Assembly (NCBI GenBank): GCA_022605425.2
Contig: CM061250.1
Span: forward strand, 124,001 to 188,000
Length of the DNA stretch: 64,000 bases
Direction of reading: 5' to 3'
Origin: Hamiltosporidium tvaerminnensis FI-OER-3-3
Taxonomy: Eukaryota; Fungi; Microsporidia
Positions 62,458 through 64,000 of the stretch are shown here, piece after piece. Position numbers and translations under genes: made by a program. The notes below the pieces were generated by a model, which made no database searches, was not told where the DNA came from, and worked only from the letters and a program-made list of their open reading frames with translations. The number at the start of each line of letters is the position of its first letter. Within the stretch, counting starts at the first letter, position 1.

Positions 62458-63999
62458 TTAAGATTTTAAATCTAAAGAATCATTTTGAAATTTTTCTGGG
62501 AAAAGATCTTTTATTTTTTTAATGACAATTTGATATTTAATATAATTTTTTTCGGAAAATATTTTTGCAAATTTAAATACATCTATTTGTTTTAAGGGGG
62601 AGTCTTTAGTAGATGTTTCATTTGGAGATGGGTCATTTGTAGATGGTTTTTTTAGAGATGGGTGATTCTGAGATGGTTTTTTTAGAGGGGGATCATTTGT
62701 AGATGGGTGATTTAGAGATGGGTCATTTGTAGATGGTTTTTTTAGAGATGGGTGATTCTGAGATGGTTCTTTTGTAGATGGGTCACTCAAACTTGATTTA
62801 CTCGAACTTGGTTTACTCAAACCTGATTTACTCAAACCTGATTTACTTGAATCTGATTTACTCAAATCTTCTTCCTTAAAATCTTCTTCCTTAAAATCTG
62901 ATTCCTTTATAAGGGATTCTTTTAAGAGTGGAATTAATTCTTCTGGGAATTTGGAAAATTCAAAAAGTGGAATTTTAAGAAAATTTTGGTCAAATTCTGT
63001 AAATTTTAAAAAGATAGAATTAGGAAATACCAAATACGGTTTTTTACCTATAAATCCTTCTTCTTCACTTTCACTATTACTATCTATCCAGTCATTATTA
63101 CTATAAGAGTCTTCTTCTTCCTCTTCGTCTGTAGATCCTATATCATCTGCATCTTCTGTATCTTCCCATTCTATTTCAGAATCAAATTCATAATCTATTG
63201 AATCTGAAAGTTTTTGTAGTGAATTTTTACAGTTTATTTTGTCTTTAAAACCGTAAAATGGTGGTCGTATGGAATCGTGGAATTTAATAAATGTAAGTTT
63301 TTTTGGATTTTCTATATCTTTTGGTTTTCTTAATGTAAATTGTCCTTGGAATCGTGGATCATTTCTTTTATAAACAGTTACGTTTTCATCAAAAATTAGG
63401 GGAATAAAACGACCTTTAAATTCTGTATTTGTAGATTCTTTTTTGTTTTCTTTTTTTGCAAATAATAATAATGTTTGATTGTTTTTAATTTGTGAAGATT
63501 TTGAATTGCTTGTGGATTTTCTTTTTTGATCGTTGTTTATGGTTTTTTCCTTTTCTTTATTATTATTTGAAGATTTGTTCAATAATTCATTCTTCTGATA
63601 TTCAAGTAGGCTTTTTTCCTTTTCTTTATTATTATTTGAAGATTTGTTCAATAATTCATTCTCTTGTTCGTCAAGTAGGCTTTTTTCTATTTCTTTATTA
63701 TTTAAGGATTTGTTCAATAATTCATTCTCTTGTTCGTCAAATAAGTTTTTTTCCTTTTCTTTATTATTTAAGGATTTGTTTAATAATTTATTCTCTTGTT
63801 CGTCAAGTAGGCTTTTTTCCTTTTCTTTATTATCTTTCATTGAATTATCTAACGTTTTTCTTTTTTGATCTTCAAGTATGATTTTCTCTAATATTTTATT
63901 ATCATTAATTAAACTATCTAATAATTTCTTCTTCTGATCTTCAAGTAAGCTTTTTTCTATTTCTTTATTACTATTTAATAAATTATCTAATGATTTGCT
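62458..63999 (-). CDS. Chromatin assembly factor 1 subunit A (Cac1/p150), 5' end lies beyond the window
   Basis: FIKFHDSIRPPFYG..IDYEFDSEIEWED..DADD CAF1A motif; 23-24-aa K/E tandem repeats; frame open to the window edge. Confidence 0.8.
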   Translation of the reverse strand, partial: SKSLDNLLNSNKEIEKSLLEDQKKKLLDSLINDNKILEKIILEDQKRKTLDNSMKDNKEKEKSLLDEQENKLLNKSLNNKEKEKNLFDEQENELLNKSLNNKEIEKSLLDEQENELLNKSSNNNKEKEKSLLEYQKNELLNKSSNNNKEKEKTINNDQKRKSTSNSKSSQIKNNQTLLLFAKKENKKESTNTEFKGRFIPLIFDENVTVYKRNDPRFQGQFTLRKPKDIENPKKLTFIKFHDSIRPPFYGFKDKINCKNSLQKLSDSIDYEFDSEIEWEDTEDADDIGSTDEEEEEDSYSNNDWIDSNSESEEEGFIGKKPYLVFPNSIFLKFTEFDQNFLKIPLFEFSKFPEELIPLLKESLIKESDFKEEDFKEEDLSKSDSSKSGLSKSGLSKPSSSKSSLSDPSTKEPSQNHPSLKKPSTNDPSLNHPSTNDPPLKKPSQNHPSLKKPSTNDPSPNETSTKDSPLKQIDVFKFAKIFSEKNYIKYQIVIKKIKDLFPEKFQNDSLDLKS

Positions 64000-64000
64000 T

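Overview
Very AT-rich, gene-sparse eukaryotic DNA with no introns seen. Genes are compact, most ATGs carry a CCC/GGG-type motif just upstream, RPB1 has a YSPTSPS CTD, and low-complexity inserts are common. This fits a large-genome microsporidian (Hamiltosporidium-like; inference from sequence style only). Housekeeping genes: p24/emp24, calmodulin-like, Pch2/TRIP13 (interrupted by an in-frame stop), a fungal-type conserved protein, a Ser/Thr kinase, a membrane PDI, LCB1, RPL36, a PMT-like protein, RPB1 and CAF-1 large subunit. Mobile DNA: three R4-like RLE non-LTR retrotransposon copies, two short bipartite RTE-like elements, a ~690-bp TGT...ACA dispersed repeat (probable solo LTR, 5 copies), a Ty3/gypsy gag-protease relic and an integrase relic. 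The most notable region is the first 7.7 kb. It holds a decayed virus-type PrimPol(AEP)-Zn finger-D5/SF3 helicase fusion gene. It also holds a stop-interrupted gene resembling a negative-strand RNA virus (qinvirus-like) nucleoprotein, sitting next to the gypsy relic. All three are on the + strand. A polarised GGGTGTTA/TAACACCC motif family marks gene flanks and also builds large in-frame insertions in RPB1. No tools were run; family calls rest on motif recognition.
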